Below, in pieces: positions 1 through 11,750 of a stretch of 64,000 bases of DNA. Positions within the stretch are counted from its first letter, which is position 1. Each line of letters begins with the position of its first letter. The stretch spans positions 629,868 to 693,867 of the forward strand of contig NMRA01000078.1 of assembly GCA_002633005.1 (NCBI GenBank), read 5' to 3'. The notes beneath the pieces are model-generated. The model was not told the DNA's origin, did no database searches, and worked only from the letters and a program-made list of their open reading frames with translations. This DNA is from Phoronis australis (lineage: Eukaryota > Animalia > Phoronida). The translations under genes and the position numbers were made by a program.

Positions 1-28
1 TTGAGCTAACGAGTATTTTGTTCCTAGG

Positions 29-520
29 CTAGGATCCTGGATGACGCAAGAGAGATGGTGCACCCAGTCGCCAAAATATGTTCTGTCTGTCTAGTTTCAG
101 ATAATCTTTGAATCTGGCAAGGAACGGTCTCTTGGTTTCTCCAGTGTAGGTGTGGTTGGGATCCTGGTCACATTCCAGCTGGTATATGACCCCATATTGA
201 TTAGTCATCGGGGTTGGGTCTTTGGGTCTGACGAGTAGGGAACGGAGGGTGTTGATAGGTTTCATGTATCAGGAAATACCGTGGATTCTGTAGGTGTGTT
301 GTAGGCGTTCAGATATTCTTCTTATGTATGGGATATGGCAACGGAGGGACCATCGAGTTTTTCAGTAGGTTTACGACTAGGGGGGTCAGTAAACATCAAT
401 TCCTGATATCCATTAGCTCGCAAAGCATCTTCAACGTGGTCCACCTCTTCGACATAGTCACGGTAGTCAGTGATGTAACGATCAGCTCTATCCAGGAGGG
501 TACGGGCGACAGAATGTTTA
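29..520 (-). mobile_element. Penelope-like retroelement fragment (RT C-terminal region plus GIY-YIG endonuclease), frameshifted
   Basis: Minus-strand peptides HKHSVARTLLDRA...EEVDHVEDALRANGY and KPINTLRSLLVRPKD...GVIYQLEC...TYTGETKRPFLARFKDY match the typical Penelope thumb/linker and GIY-YIG motifs (GVVY..C..YIGET.R.L..R..EH). Confidence 0.85.
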
Positions 521-2091
521 TGTTTTAACCACGTCTCTAAGAAAGTGAACATTTTATATACAATGCCTCTAGAGACTAATGACGAACATATTCTCCACAT
601 TGTTTTGTTGTATTGTAATTTTGTAAAGTTATCTTAAAAACAATTGTAATTACGGATGATTACTTGTTTGCTAATTATACTATTGATCGTCTGCTTCCCG
701 CGGAATCTGGAAGCCTTTTGTACTTCAAAGTAGTTGGATGGAATCTCGGTCCTAGCATTGAAAAATTCAAAGACTATTTCACTTCTTCTAGAAACTGTAA
801 ACGGCCTTTTGTATGGTATCAAGAAGAAACAGAGATCGGTCCAGCCGCGAGGTCTAACCCTGGACTCGAAGTCAAATTATTTTTATGTTTCTCTGTCTAC
901 TATTCCATAAACTCAAGGGAAGTGTCCGTTATACTATGCTCGAGTACATTTTGGTTTATAGGGAGGATGAAGTCGGCCATTTTGTTTTCGGATCGGTCAT
1001 TTTCATGTTCTACATTCCAATTTCAAAAAAATATATTAGTCAAGCTACACAGTCGTATGAACGTTTTCAACTCATGTGAACTGTGTCTGAGCTCTCTGAC
1101 CAATCAAGTGTGAAATTTGACCAGTTAGGCATTTTCAACTCTTTGCGACAAAAGGATTCACCAGTTATGAAGGTGCATTTAATGATTATACATAAATGAA
1201 AGGTCAAATTTTCACTTTCGTGACGAAGAATTTTTATTTTTGTCCCTAAGTATAAAAATTTTGTAATTTTCAAATTTAGAGCAAAAATTAAACTTTGTTT
1301 TTTTCTTCAAAATTCTTCGTGCAGTTTTTAAGATCATTCACATGTCCCATGCCCTCGAAGGGAGCAAAAGCGTGGTGTCAAATATGTATCTAAAACAGCT
1401 TTTGAAATCTCTCATTGTGTCGTCACTTTCGCTTGTCGGTGCTTTGCCGCACTGAGCATACAAGTTTATCATTTTCAACACGCGTGAAAACTTAATTTAT
1501 CAAGCAAAACTCACATTAATAGATCCAGAAATACTAAGTATCCTAATCCCAAACGTGTGCACTGACTTCAACTGCGTTTTCGTACTACAAGCAGGAGTAT
1601 AGACATATTTTTGGACCTCACTGGTTCGGACCAGTAAAATGTAATCTACTGGACAGGTCCTGCCATTTGATACACCTATGATACATTTCGATCTAGCATT
1701 GTGTGTGCAGGGAAAATTATGTGATTTCAGTGTTTGTGCTATTTTGTATTTTGTCTTTGTTTGTAGTTTGCTTGAAGAAAAACTATGAGCTTCAGTTAAA
1801 ACTTATATTTATTAAAAAGAGTTTGATGGTGATGCACCCACTTCTGATTGCATTTGGTGTCGATGGCCACCCACATGGCGCCATCCTGCATTTTTGTAAT
1901 ACCAAAAGTCAACTGCAGGCTGAGCACTACAATTTTCAAGCGTTGGCTCCTCTGTCATAATAATAGTCTATAAGTAATTGACTATTAATTTTCATTCAGA
2001 GCAGCTCTGTTATAGCTACTAAGCGAACATACGTATGTTGAAACCTGTGACATCCACCACTGGAACTACTGACCAGTTTATCAGCACGATA

Positions 2092-2230
2092 GCATAAGCG
2101 GATCCAGGGGGTCAAGCCGGTCCGGGCCCCTTCTTTTTTCACTTGATTTTAACTGAAGTCAAATTTAGAATTTTCAAATTGTTGAATTGGACCCACCTTC
2201 CCCTTTTAAAGAATCCTGGATCCGCGCCTG
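2092..2230. mobile_element. Short MITE-like element
   Basis: Inverted termini gcggatccagg ... cctggatccgc around a ~110 bp core. Confidence 0.55.
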
Positions 2231-2586
2231 GGAAGTACTGAATAGCTTAGTTATGATGAATCAGAAACTTGGTAAAAATTTAAGTGTTTCAACAAAGTAA
2301 CAAGCTCTTGAAGTTTGAGTGTTTGGTGAAAAATTGATGCGCAATTAGAGTACAAAAATCCATCACTAGATGTCTCTTGACATTGATGACGTCACTGGCA
2401 GGTTTCGCGATTGTGTGTGAAGTCGGCAAAGACCGTGAACTTCAAAGTCCGTTCATTAAGAAAGGAGTAGTAGTGATGTTAAACTGATATTGTCAAACAA
2501 ATTCTACATGTTTCAAATATTCTGGCTGTACGTTATGAAATGACGAAGTTATATGTATGGCAGTTTAAAGTAAGACTGCAGTAGTA

Positions 2587-3420
2587 TAGACCATTGTCCC
2601 AGCCCCCCTGTCTTTCACATGCTTGGTTACTTCAGGCGGGTGACGGTTACTTCTGATCAAATCCTTCTCCAGATGTTCAAAAGTCATTTTCAACAAAGTT
2701 CCCAAGAATACACTTGCACGTTTAGTAGGAATCTTAGTCTGAATTTGCAAAAAAACTAGCCTCAAATATTTTGCTAACCATTGGTTGAGTGTAATATAAT
2801 CAGATCAGCCAATGTAACGAGAGTAAAGTACATTGTATTGTGTCTGTGCCATTTCTGAGATGTCTGCAGTACTTCCTGAATCAGTTTGTGCTTCTCAGAC
2901 GAAACAGGTTTTGTGTCAGCAGTGACACTTCTGAGAAGACGAGTGCATGAATAATTGACATGGCAATAGAGCGCTAAGATTTCTGCCCGTTGTTGCTTTC
3001 AGATCTAGGATTCTTCTTACGTACTTGTTCTAAGCTTCTCGATTTACAGACATGACCCTGAAGTCAATGAGTTTGCAAAGAAGAGGATCAAATTTGAGTA
3101 CAACACAATATTCACCCCTAGTAAAAAGTTTTTTGTGACAAAGCAGAAATAATCTATCACAAACAGTCAGTGTTTTGGCAACTTACTGGTGTCAAGATAA
3201 GTGAAAACCTCTTAAATCTAACAGTTATGATGAGCCTGGTACTTGTTGTAGAAAGCCAAGGAAGTTTTCAGTTCTGTTTAACTGTACTCAAAGAAAGAGG
3301 CAATAGTGCGGGTTACAACTTACAGACAACCACACAAAGAAAAGGAGATATGAGTGCTTTTCGAACTTAGAAACATTGATTGATGAGTACTTTAGTTGAA
3401 AAATATGAATTACGGTTAAA
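2587..3420. mobile_element. Diverged, truncated inverted copy of the DNA transposon at 46118-48746
   Basis: Starts tagaccattgtcccagc, close to the reverse complement of the 48730-48746 terminus. cccaagaatacacttgcacgtttagt (2701) is the reverse complement of ~48607-48632. Weaker similarity continues to 47400-47700; the right boundary is approximate. Confidence 0.65.
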
Positions 3421-4306
3421 AACCTCTTTTTGTGGACAGTTTTTCTTGAGGTACGACATTGTCCCTCATTTTGGAAATTTTGCACACAATTTTATGAAAG
3501 GTGCTTACCGTAATTTTCCCTATGACAGTAATCCCATTCAAATAAATAATGTACAAATTTCCTGATATTTATTTTTGTTGCTAAATTTTGATTTTGGTAT
3601 GATATATATGTACTGCTACTACGGTACTTCTAAACATTAATGACGTGTGGTCAAATACGAAACGTTACATACATCTATTATTTTTGTTATAGTTCAAAAT
3701 GAGGAAAAACGATACTAACATCACGGTACATAAAAAAGTCAAACAAAATACAGTTTTGCCGTTATGGTGGATAATTCTGTTAACAGTAAATGTGACTTGT
3801 AATGACTCTTATGGTGTGAAAATTCTTAATACGGAATGGCTTAGGTGGCCGGCCAACGTATTACGGTATAAATTCTTCAATTTGGGACAAGAGTAATTGC
3901 TGAAATGGTCGTATTTCTGCTTTTCACAGACTTACCACTATTGTTGCAAATTCTCAAAATTTCACCAAATGTTGCTTTGTAACGACTACGCCATACACAC
4001 CATGCTAAAAGTAAATTTGTACTGAAATAGTTACTTTTGTTGAGAAATTTAACAAAATGAAATTTCACGTGCCTGCCATATTGTGAAAGCTGCTTTGACA
4101 ATGAATGTGGCGTACGCCTACTGTTAGCGGTCATAACGTGAAATTCGCGATCATATCTGTTTACAATTGGCGTGTACTGTATCTCATACCTTTCAATTTT
4201 CATTTTCGAGTATAGATGTAAAATAATTATGTATACGAAAGACATTTTCCTTGAATCTCACTTTCGTGTGTATATCATGATGTAAATGCAGTCTAATTTG
4301 TTGTAG

Positions 4307-4417
4307 GTGTCTTGAATAATGCAGTTGTGGGCAGTGAATCAGAAGATGGACTTTTACGGAGGGTCTTCAGTGGTGCATTATCAAGGAAGATACTTGAGCG
4401 GAGTGCGAGGGATATAG
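4307..4417 (+). CDS. Paralog A putative propeptide exon (VLNNAVVGSESEDGLLRRVFSGALSRKILERSARDI)
   Basis: ttgtag| acceptor, |gtaagg donor, 111 nt open, phase 1-1, ends in R-S-A-R; no counterpart seen in B. Confidence 0.55.
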
Positions 4418-4639
4418 GTAAGGGAAACGCAGCATGGTCATCTTAGGGGTACAGGCTGAAGTTAAGATTGGTCTGCTGTGAGTATTGCTCGGTGTGACAG
4501 TCGCTCAGTCCGGGGGTGAACTGCTTGCGCTAGTGGTGTCAGTCTTGCTCAACGTCATGCAGCGCCATCACCCGTCGAATGAAGTTTTCAAATTTTACCA
4601 ATTCTTTTATCGATTGAGCTAGCCTTGTATATAACCCAA

Positions 4640-4960
4640 CATCATCCTATATTGATACTCAGGGTGGTGTCAATACATGTACTCATGGTATGAAGTCAGC
4701 CACCTAACGCCATCATCAGGCTCAGAGTGGTATCATGCATGTGCTGATGGTATGAAGTCAGCCACCTAACGCCATCTTGAGGCTCAGGGTAGGCCTATAC
4801 ACGAACTGAAGGTGTGAAGTCAACTACCTTATGTCATCACGACTCTTAGGGTGGTACCGTACATGTGCTGATGGTATGAAGTCGGCCACGTAATGCCATC
4901 ATGAACCTCCAGGTGGTTTCTAATACTGGTAGTATTAAACCATCAACCAACACCACCATA
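4640..4960. repeat. ~60-bp minisatellite, about 5 degenerate copies
   Basis: Recurring gtgctgatggtatgaagtcagccacctaacgccatc at about 60-bp period. Confidence 0.85.
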
Positions 4961-6180
4961 TGTTGATGGGTGACATCACAATATAGATTTATAATCTGGA
5001 GCACCGTTAAGTTCAAGATTCAGTGAAAAACGAGCTCCAAGTAACTGTGAGGAATTGGTCTCGGTTATCCCATTATTGTTTCTTGATAGGCCGTCTGGAA
5101 TAGCCTACTTGGGACGGTCAAAATTCCAGAGCAAAATGAAATTTTTTCCCCGTATGATGAAGATTTCACTCCTTGTTGAACATATTTCTCCGAGTTTGAT
5201 TCTTTGCGGTTGCGACTACTATCAGTACTGCTCTTGAGTTAATGAAGAAGTTGCAAAATGCTTAAAAATTATATATGCACCACATTATTTTTGACATTTG
5301 ATATTTTTGTCACTTGACCTTGACATGTCATTCTAATTTGACTTTTCTGAACCTACCTTTTATTACTGTGTAAGCATTCCATCTTCATCACCTACATGTA
5401 CAGTATAATCTCGCCTGTTCAAAACATAATATGGCTGACAGCTGAAATTTTACTTTTTTCATACTGGCATAAAATACATACCGTGTCTAACTTTTGTATG
5501 GTATCTATTACAGGGTTTTATGAAAATTTGTGGGCACTCATAACGTAAGGATACCTTGAAAAGGGGAAAGGGTAATTTTGGATATTATTTTTCTCTGCAA
5601 TCGATGAGACTTTATTGTTCTTGTTGGAGTGAGTCTCAGCCTTAATTATCCTTTTTTGTAGGAAATGACCCAGTTCATTCTTGACCACTGTCAAGTTCCC
5701 CTTCTCGTGATTGGCGTTTCTCTTGTGACAACTATGTCTTGTATCGGTACTTGTAATAAACTGTTTTCAAATGTGAACAAAGTCGTCAGACAACTTTTTT
5801 TTGTTCAGTCACTCCATTTTAATCGTGTTTTCAACTATAAAACCACTTTCTAGTGATTACACATGTGATGCTGTTTTATCCTTGCAATGTGTGTTTTTTT
5901 CACTTGTGATGTTATTTTGTTTTTGTAATATGGGCTGCATTCAGTTGTGACATCTTTCACTCTTGTGGTGTGCAGTTTTCACGTGACAGTTTATCTAGGA
6001 GTCCACCTCTTACGTCTGACAATTTTTATTTCTATGACGTGCATTTTCCACGTGTAATTTCTGCCATGTGCGGTTTTTTGTGACTACTTATACTGTCGCA
6101 ATACATTGCTTTCACATGTGAGAATTTTGATTTTTGCATCGTTATGTTTACCCTAACATAACCAATCTTGATATTTGCAG

Positions 6181-6339
6181 AAGATAGGTCTGACATTGGT
6201 CAACCAAGTGTGCAACTCGATAGGTGCCATCCCAACTTCTGTCACCAATATTCCCCCGAAATTCCCCGTGGTGGAGATATACGGATATCTAGAAGGGACC
6301 AGTGCCTTGCTCATCAAGGAAAGGAGTGCTTATCTACAG
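6181..6339 (+). CDS. Paralog A Cys-rich N-terminal exon (…CHPNFCHQYSPEIPRGGDIRISRRDQCLAHQGKECLST)
   Basis: tttgcag| acceptor, |gtattc donor, 159 nt, phase 1-1; same Cys spacing and same donor as B exon 32643-32789. Confidence 0.8.
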
Positions 6340-7397
6340 GTATTCGCTGTTCATCTGTAAATGGCCAACTCAACGAATAAATGGATCAAACGTTTTGTCA
6401 GTAATTTGATTGTGCTGAGAGGATTTTTCTTATTTACGAGCACCGTGTAAAAACAAATTGATTTGAAGACATTGTTCTGTTGATTTTTTTCCAGAAATAT
6501 TCACATTGAGTTTTTACAGGCACATTCCCATACATTTAAATTCGCTACTACCAAAAGCTGTTTTGTTAACTGTGGTTAACAGCAAATTTAAGCGTTAGTG
6601 TCCCCATCAACTTTTCGATACATAGTTCAGCAAAGTTATAGCCAAGTAGCGCTACCCCGTTGGTCATATACGTTGCTGTTCTTGCCAGTGCTTGACATCA
6701 AGGGTTGGCTATTTGTTTTATATTGTTGCATGATTTTTTTTGGTTGAAATTAAACCTTCCGCAAACCCTTCTTTCATTGTAAAACTTGATTTTGCTTGGA
6801 CCACTTTCGAATTATGAAAATGACCTCAACTTGTTCCTTACTCAAATTTTGCATGATTTTGTGGCTTGGAAAGAACCTCAGACTCCATTTTTGTTTTACA
6901 TCAGGCTTGACAGTGTGGGGAAGGGTCACGACACTTGACCTTAGTGGGCTACTTGTCTCAGCTTTCAACAACATTGCATGCACATAGTAAATTGATACAG
7001 TTTTTTATAATTCGAAGTGACAGCTCTCACCTGTTTCACCAAACAGAAGTTGAAAAACTTTAAGCTGTTGGGTATTCCTGAAATGTGTAAAAGTATACCG
7101 GGATAATCGACCACTCGTTCAACAGCTGGTGCTGATAAATAAAGATCCCTGTTTTAACATTTGAATAGCTTGAAAGCAGAAAATAGTCCGTCCACATTCC
7201 TCATTTTGTGCATTTTGACCTGGTTCCTGCTAATTCCACTCTGCGCCACTCAGCGAATTTTGAGTGGTCCATTCCTTTTGAAACGCGAACAATTATCTCC
7301 AGGAAGAACTACACACTAGACAGTCGCACTGTGTATGGTGTAGTGCACAGTCTGCTTGTTTTAATTTCCATAGAGTCAATTCTTATTCCTTTTGCAG

Positions 7398-7495
7398 TCA
7401 CCAGCTCCCCACCACTGAAGATCACCACAGCACAAACCACTCCTGTGCCTCCTAAAGTGGCGCCCACTGTTGCCACGGTTGTCAGCAAAGACGAT
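7398..7495 (+). CDS. Paralog A short Thr/Pro-rich mucin exon (TSSPPLKITTAQTTPVPPKVAPTVATVVSKDD)
   Basis: ttttgcag| acceptor, |gtaggt donor, phase 1-0 as in the B mucin exons. Confidence 0.75.
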
Positions 7496-7559
7496 GTAGG
7501 TATAAGCAGTGTTTATGCTTAGGTGCCATGCTGGGGTGCCTCCTGCAGATTTGAGCTCT

Positions 7560-8070
7560 ATCCTGATGGGCTGGGCAAGCAGGACTGGGCGATATTTTTG
7601 GATTGTAGGTGGTGGCCATAATTGGAAGCAGCTGGCAATCTGCTGGTCCTCAAGGAAATGCTGACCAGTATCAGTATCAGTATCAAACGATTTCACTCTG
7701 TGGTCCACTGATGTTGTGTGACAGAGATGATCTGCATGGAGGAATTTTGATTTCATGAGGGCACACGGCATGGTCCACAGTGGTAGTCACTTCCTGTTTG
7801 AGGCTCCTGTTGACCGATGTGACACTTTTCATCTGGATACTCATCAAATCGGCATCACGAATAGACTTGAACATTAGTTAATCTGAGACTTCCCGCTTAT
7901 GATTTTGACATGAACTCGAGCAAAGCTCTTCCTTTGGTAACGCTTCACTTGTTTTTGTCTTCCTGATTGCATACATGTGTAAAGCATTGGGCAGCATGCA
8001 TGCTGCGTCAGGCCATTTGTCACGCTGAAACTCGATTTGCTTTAAGTGCTTTGCAGACTGACGCAAGTTG
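7560..8070 (-). mobile_element. Possible degenerate RTE-type LINE 3' fragment
   Basis: Higher-GC intronic patch; minus-strand peptide ...TTVDHAVCPH...SLSH resembles an RTE C-terminal Zn motif. Weak. Confidence 0.3.
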
Positions 8071-8294
8071 AAGATCCATAGGTCCTGTAAACCAATCCAC
8101 TAATTTGTAAATCAAGACTATGATGGCTTTTGAAGTTTTAATTAAAATCCACTGGTTGTTAAAAGTGCCTACATATGGTCTTTAATATAGAAAATTCCGT
8201 GATGGTGAACATGCTCAAACTAGCCTCTGGAGCAACACGGGATGATTGAGAAACAAATCCGTGTCTGGAATTTTATCTTCTTTTTTATTTGCAG

Positions 8295-8354
8295 GCAAAA
8301 CACAGTGTAAGGATTGTGATGAGGTCTGGTTCAAAGTCACACTCCCAAGATTAT
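8295..8354 (+). CDS. Paralog A SEA-like domain exon 1 (AKHSVRIVMRSGSKSHSQDY)
   Basis: tttgcag| and |gtaagg, 60 nt, phase 0-0; homologous to B exon SKQSVRIVVKTPGSVSPTETD. Confidence 0.8.
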
Positions 8355-8712
8355 GTAAGGATTTTTTCTATGTTTGCCCGATCTTGGCTATATGCTGGTT
8401 CATTACATCTGGATTAGTTAAGATGCTGAATAAAAGACCTTACCCCTGTCACCCCTCAAAAGTTTGAATCACGCTTTAATGCCCATTTTCAAAGACAAAA
8501 AGGATTGCTAAAATTACCGCTTTTCAGGACGCTTGCTGCATTGTTGCAAGTTTCCCAAATTTATCAAATGTTTGGTGACAGCTGAACAGTGCTAGTCATG
8601 CCAACCATAAGGTAAAGTTTTCTTGTAGTTTTTAATGTTGTTGATAAAATAGACAAAACGAACTTCTACTTGTTGACTATATTGCGTCCTTGCCATGTGA
8701 ACCTTATTTAAT

Positions 8713-9069
8713 AGGGCCATCCCGGATTACACGACGGTAGAACTTTCCGTTGTCCTGGAGATAAGAAAGCGCTTACTGAGCTCGTTTTGGAACTCAGGCA
8801 CATCTCGTTGATAACGGGAAGTCGTTCATGGATATTTGACCAGTTTATCAAACTTTGTCACGTCAGCACAGTAGTAATACTTCGTTGGCATTGGAAGGAC
8901 GAACAGAGTAACACGACTGAGTAAAACTTTTAAGAATCGGTCAACAAAAAATAACCTAAGAAACTTCATTGGCACAAAAACGAGACAGCAAATGTGTCTG
9001 ACGGATGTTAAGGCATTGTGCGTAAAAACAACGAGTTTCCAATGTCCCTGTGTAATGCAGGACGGCCCT
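8713..9069. mobile_element. MITE with ~20-bp terminal inverted repeats (Harbinger-like termini)
   Basis: agggccatcccggattacac ... gtgtaatgcaggacggccct. Confidence 0.65.
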
Positions 9070-9229
9070 TTTGTTCAACTCCACGACGTTGTCTCAAGCG
9101 AGACGAAATACCAGACAACTTATTTGTGTGCATCACTGTATTAAGTGTTTTGAATTATTGACTTCCGTTATTTTTCTCACTATCAAGAGCTTGGGATACT
9201 GTACCTGATGCAAGATCGGATTGCTGCTT

Positions 9230-9739
9230 ATTATAAGTTAAGGCTACTTAAATGTTAATGAAAGGATTTTCCAGCTGAACATGTCATGTATTATTTAAAG
9301 ATAACAACACATAGGGTTGTAATCGATTGGCTACATATTTTATGCTTTTTTGACTTAGCAGGATTTTTGCATCATATACTGGGGAACCCAATGTTCGTCC
9401 GCCTAAGCACAAAACCGACTTCCTGTTGTACTCACCGAATTATTCCACTTCAAAGTTATGATCTGAATAGGATTCGATTTAACTCTCACAGATATACCGC
9501 ATTCATCGATTCGGAAGTTTTCTTTAATTTGTGCCGAGTTATTTCAAATGTGCACTGCCTTCGGCAGCCATTTTATTGTGACACCTAAGNATTATAAGTT
9601 AAGGCTACTTAAATGTTAATGTACGGATTTTCCAGCTGAACATGTCATGTATTATTTAAAGATAACAACACATAGGGTTGTAATCGATTGGCTAGATATT
9701 TTATGCTTTTTTGACTTAGCAGGATTTTTGCATCATATA
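9230..9739. other. Contig join (single N at 9590) with ~150-bp duplicated flank
   Basis: 9230-9378 is repeated almost exactly at 9591-9739; the first copy continues into unrelated sequence at 9379-9589. Confidence 0.85.
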
Positions 9740-10084
9740 TCTGTTCCAACTCTGTTTGGAAAACTGGTACGTCAAACCTGTCGTCTTTTCTATTATATAC
9801 TGTAGGTACATGTTTTGAGTACTTTGTGCGTTGAGCTCCAATGTTGAAAAATCTTGCCTCTTGTTAACAACTGTTGAGTAATCTTGAGAAAGATTGCTTG
9901 CTAGTAACATAATTCAAGCTGACTAACGTTGCACTCTCACTGACTAGAGTACTCCATCACCTGTTTGCGCGTGTCCACGTAGCTTGCGCAGCACACTTAA
10001 GTGCGCTAAACTAAAGACGTCCGCATCATTGCAAGCAAGGACATTTGAGTTTATTGTAAAAATTTGAATGAGAAAGGCTTAAAA

Positions 10085-10375
10085 ACTTAAACGATATTGG
10101 CCAAGTATAACTAATATAGACCAAGCATAAATAATTGTGGCTTAGGTTAAATAATATTGGCCTGTCTTAAAAGTATTGGCTTATCTTAAGTAATATTGAC
10201 CTGGCTTAAGTTTTATTGGAACATCTGAAGTAAAATGGGCCTAGCTTAAACAAAACTGGCGTAGCTTAAATAGTATTGGCCTGTCTTAAATGTTATTGAA
10301 CTAGCTTGAATAATATTGGCATAGCTTAAATAACATTGGCTTAGCTTAAATAATGTTATATTATGCTTTAAGCTT
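10085..10375. repeat. 20-bp minisatellite (consensus ~ taaataatattggcctagct), about 14 copies
   Basis: Visible 20-bp periodicity. Confidence 0.85.
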
Positions 10376-10531
10376 ATATTACTCAGTAAAATTCAATCAA
10401 GCTTGGTGTCCATGCTCATCCTAGACCAGGAAACGTAATTTCCAGCACGGGGTTCATCTATAAATTCAACTTTGTGTTCTTTTTTCATCATGATTACTTG
10501 AACTGGTTGTCATGATTGCGTTTATTGACAG

Positions 10532-10724
10532 GTGGTGACGATAATAAATCACCTACAGTTGGTACTCAACTGGCTGTACTCCCAATTCCGGAAAGAGGTG
10601 AGATTCCAACGGGCGACTGACATTAGTGATGACATAGAGATTTTGATGCTGCCATCTTCTCCTAAAGAGCTGCCAGATGGGTCTCTAGAGATTGACTTTG
10701 TGGCTAAGAATAAAACGACCAATG
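10532..10724 (+). CDS. Paralog A SEA-like domain exon 2 (VVTIINHLQLVLNWLY...PDGSLEIDFVAKNKTTN)
   Basis: gacag| acceptor, G|gtagta donor, phase 0-1; clearly homologous to B 44377-44548. Confidence 0.85.
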
Positions 10725-11682
10725 GTAGTATTTTTAACCTTTCCAGCTAATATGCTAGATTTGCAATTTATTATTTTCAAAAGTTGATTTTGCCCACTTT
10801 ACTGTTCTGGAGATCGACATATTTTCAAAAAATGGATTTTTCTCTCCTAACTTTCAAAATAGGTTTCTTTATTCCATTAGAAGCATGTTTAAGATTATAT
10901 CTTTCTAGCACTACTCCAAGGACAATGAGACAGCACCATTTGTTTATCTGGCTCATTCAACTGCTGCAGCACCTCCTTGTGGCCCAAAGAAACTTATCGT
11001 CCGCCATTCACCTTGGGCGCATTGAATGTCCCGGCTTTGCTCTCGATAGGAAGAGGGTGGGGTTTACGTGGAAACCTCATTATGTATAGCCCATAGATTA
11101 AGATGTCTATGGTATAGCCGCAGTTGAGTGAATACCCATAATGCATGTGTCGGCTGTCACTCTCTACGGCCACCATTTAGGTGGTGGTGCACCATCAAAA
11201 ATAAAAACTAAGCAATTCAAATTAAATTCCTTTAAGTTTGAAAATATTTGGAGTTCTGTTGAACGAGCATAATTTGGACTCAAGTTTGTCTGAACTAACT
11301 ATTAGTTAAAATCTGTTTCGTGAAGTTTTTTAATAAAATAAAGCAGAATGATTGTCTTTAATAAATACTGTAACTAATATATCTGTGAATTAATGAGATG
11401 TGTTGACCGGAATGTTGGAACTTTGGTGCACTGTTCCAAATAGTCTTGCTTAAGTTACTGGTGACTGTTTATCACGTTGAAAAAAATTGGAATGAAATTA
11501 AGTCCTGCACTGTATTCATTCCTCCAACTGAAAACCTTGATCAGTTAGGCCACAGTGTTTGACACTATTTATGATCAGTGAGCTTGGTAGTTCTAATATC
11601 TATATCCACCATCACAGCCCTGGTGGTGTGAAAAGGCAGGATAGTGTTCTGTTGAATTGTAATAAAAGATTTATTTATCCAG

Positions 11683-11750
11683 AAATTATCCCGGAAGAGA
11701 AACTGATGAAGATACTAAAAGATCCTGAATTTAAGAAGGCGTTTGAAAAA
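11683..11750 (+). CDS. Paralog A SEA-like domain exon 3 (EIIPEEKLMKILKDPEFKKAFEK)
   Basis: tccag| and |gtgagt, 68 nt, phase 1-0; same length and phase in B (45624-45691). Confidence 0.85.

Noticed and set aside
664-1113. 149-aa ORF
   Set aside because: No recognisable domain or splice structure; most likely a chance ORF in repeat DNA.
3050-3121. Exon-like segment as paralog A's missing first exon
   Set aside because: No signal peptide in any frame, and it lies inside the transposon relic starting at 2587.
4640-4960. CRISPR-like array
   Set aside because: Eukaryotic intron, whole units are degenerate copies without unique spacers, and no cas genes; an ordinary minisatellite.
9720-9766. Candidate extra exon (SGFLHHISVPTLFGKL) and a Cys-containing reading KTQCKDCDEVWF of exon 8295-8354
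   Set aside because: Paralog B's exon 43510-43572 supports the phase-0 frame (SVRIV), which joins 10532 directly, so no extra exon is needed.
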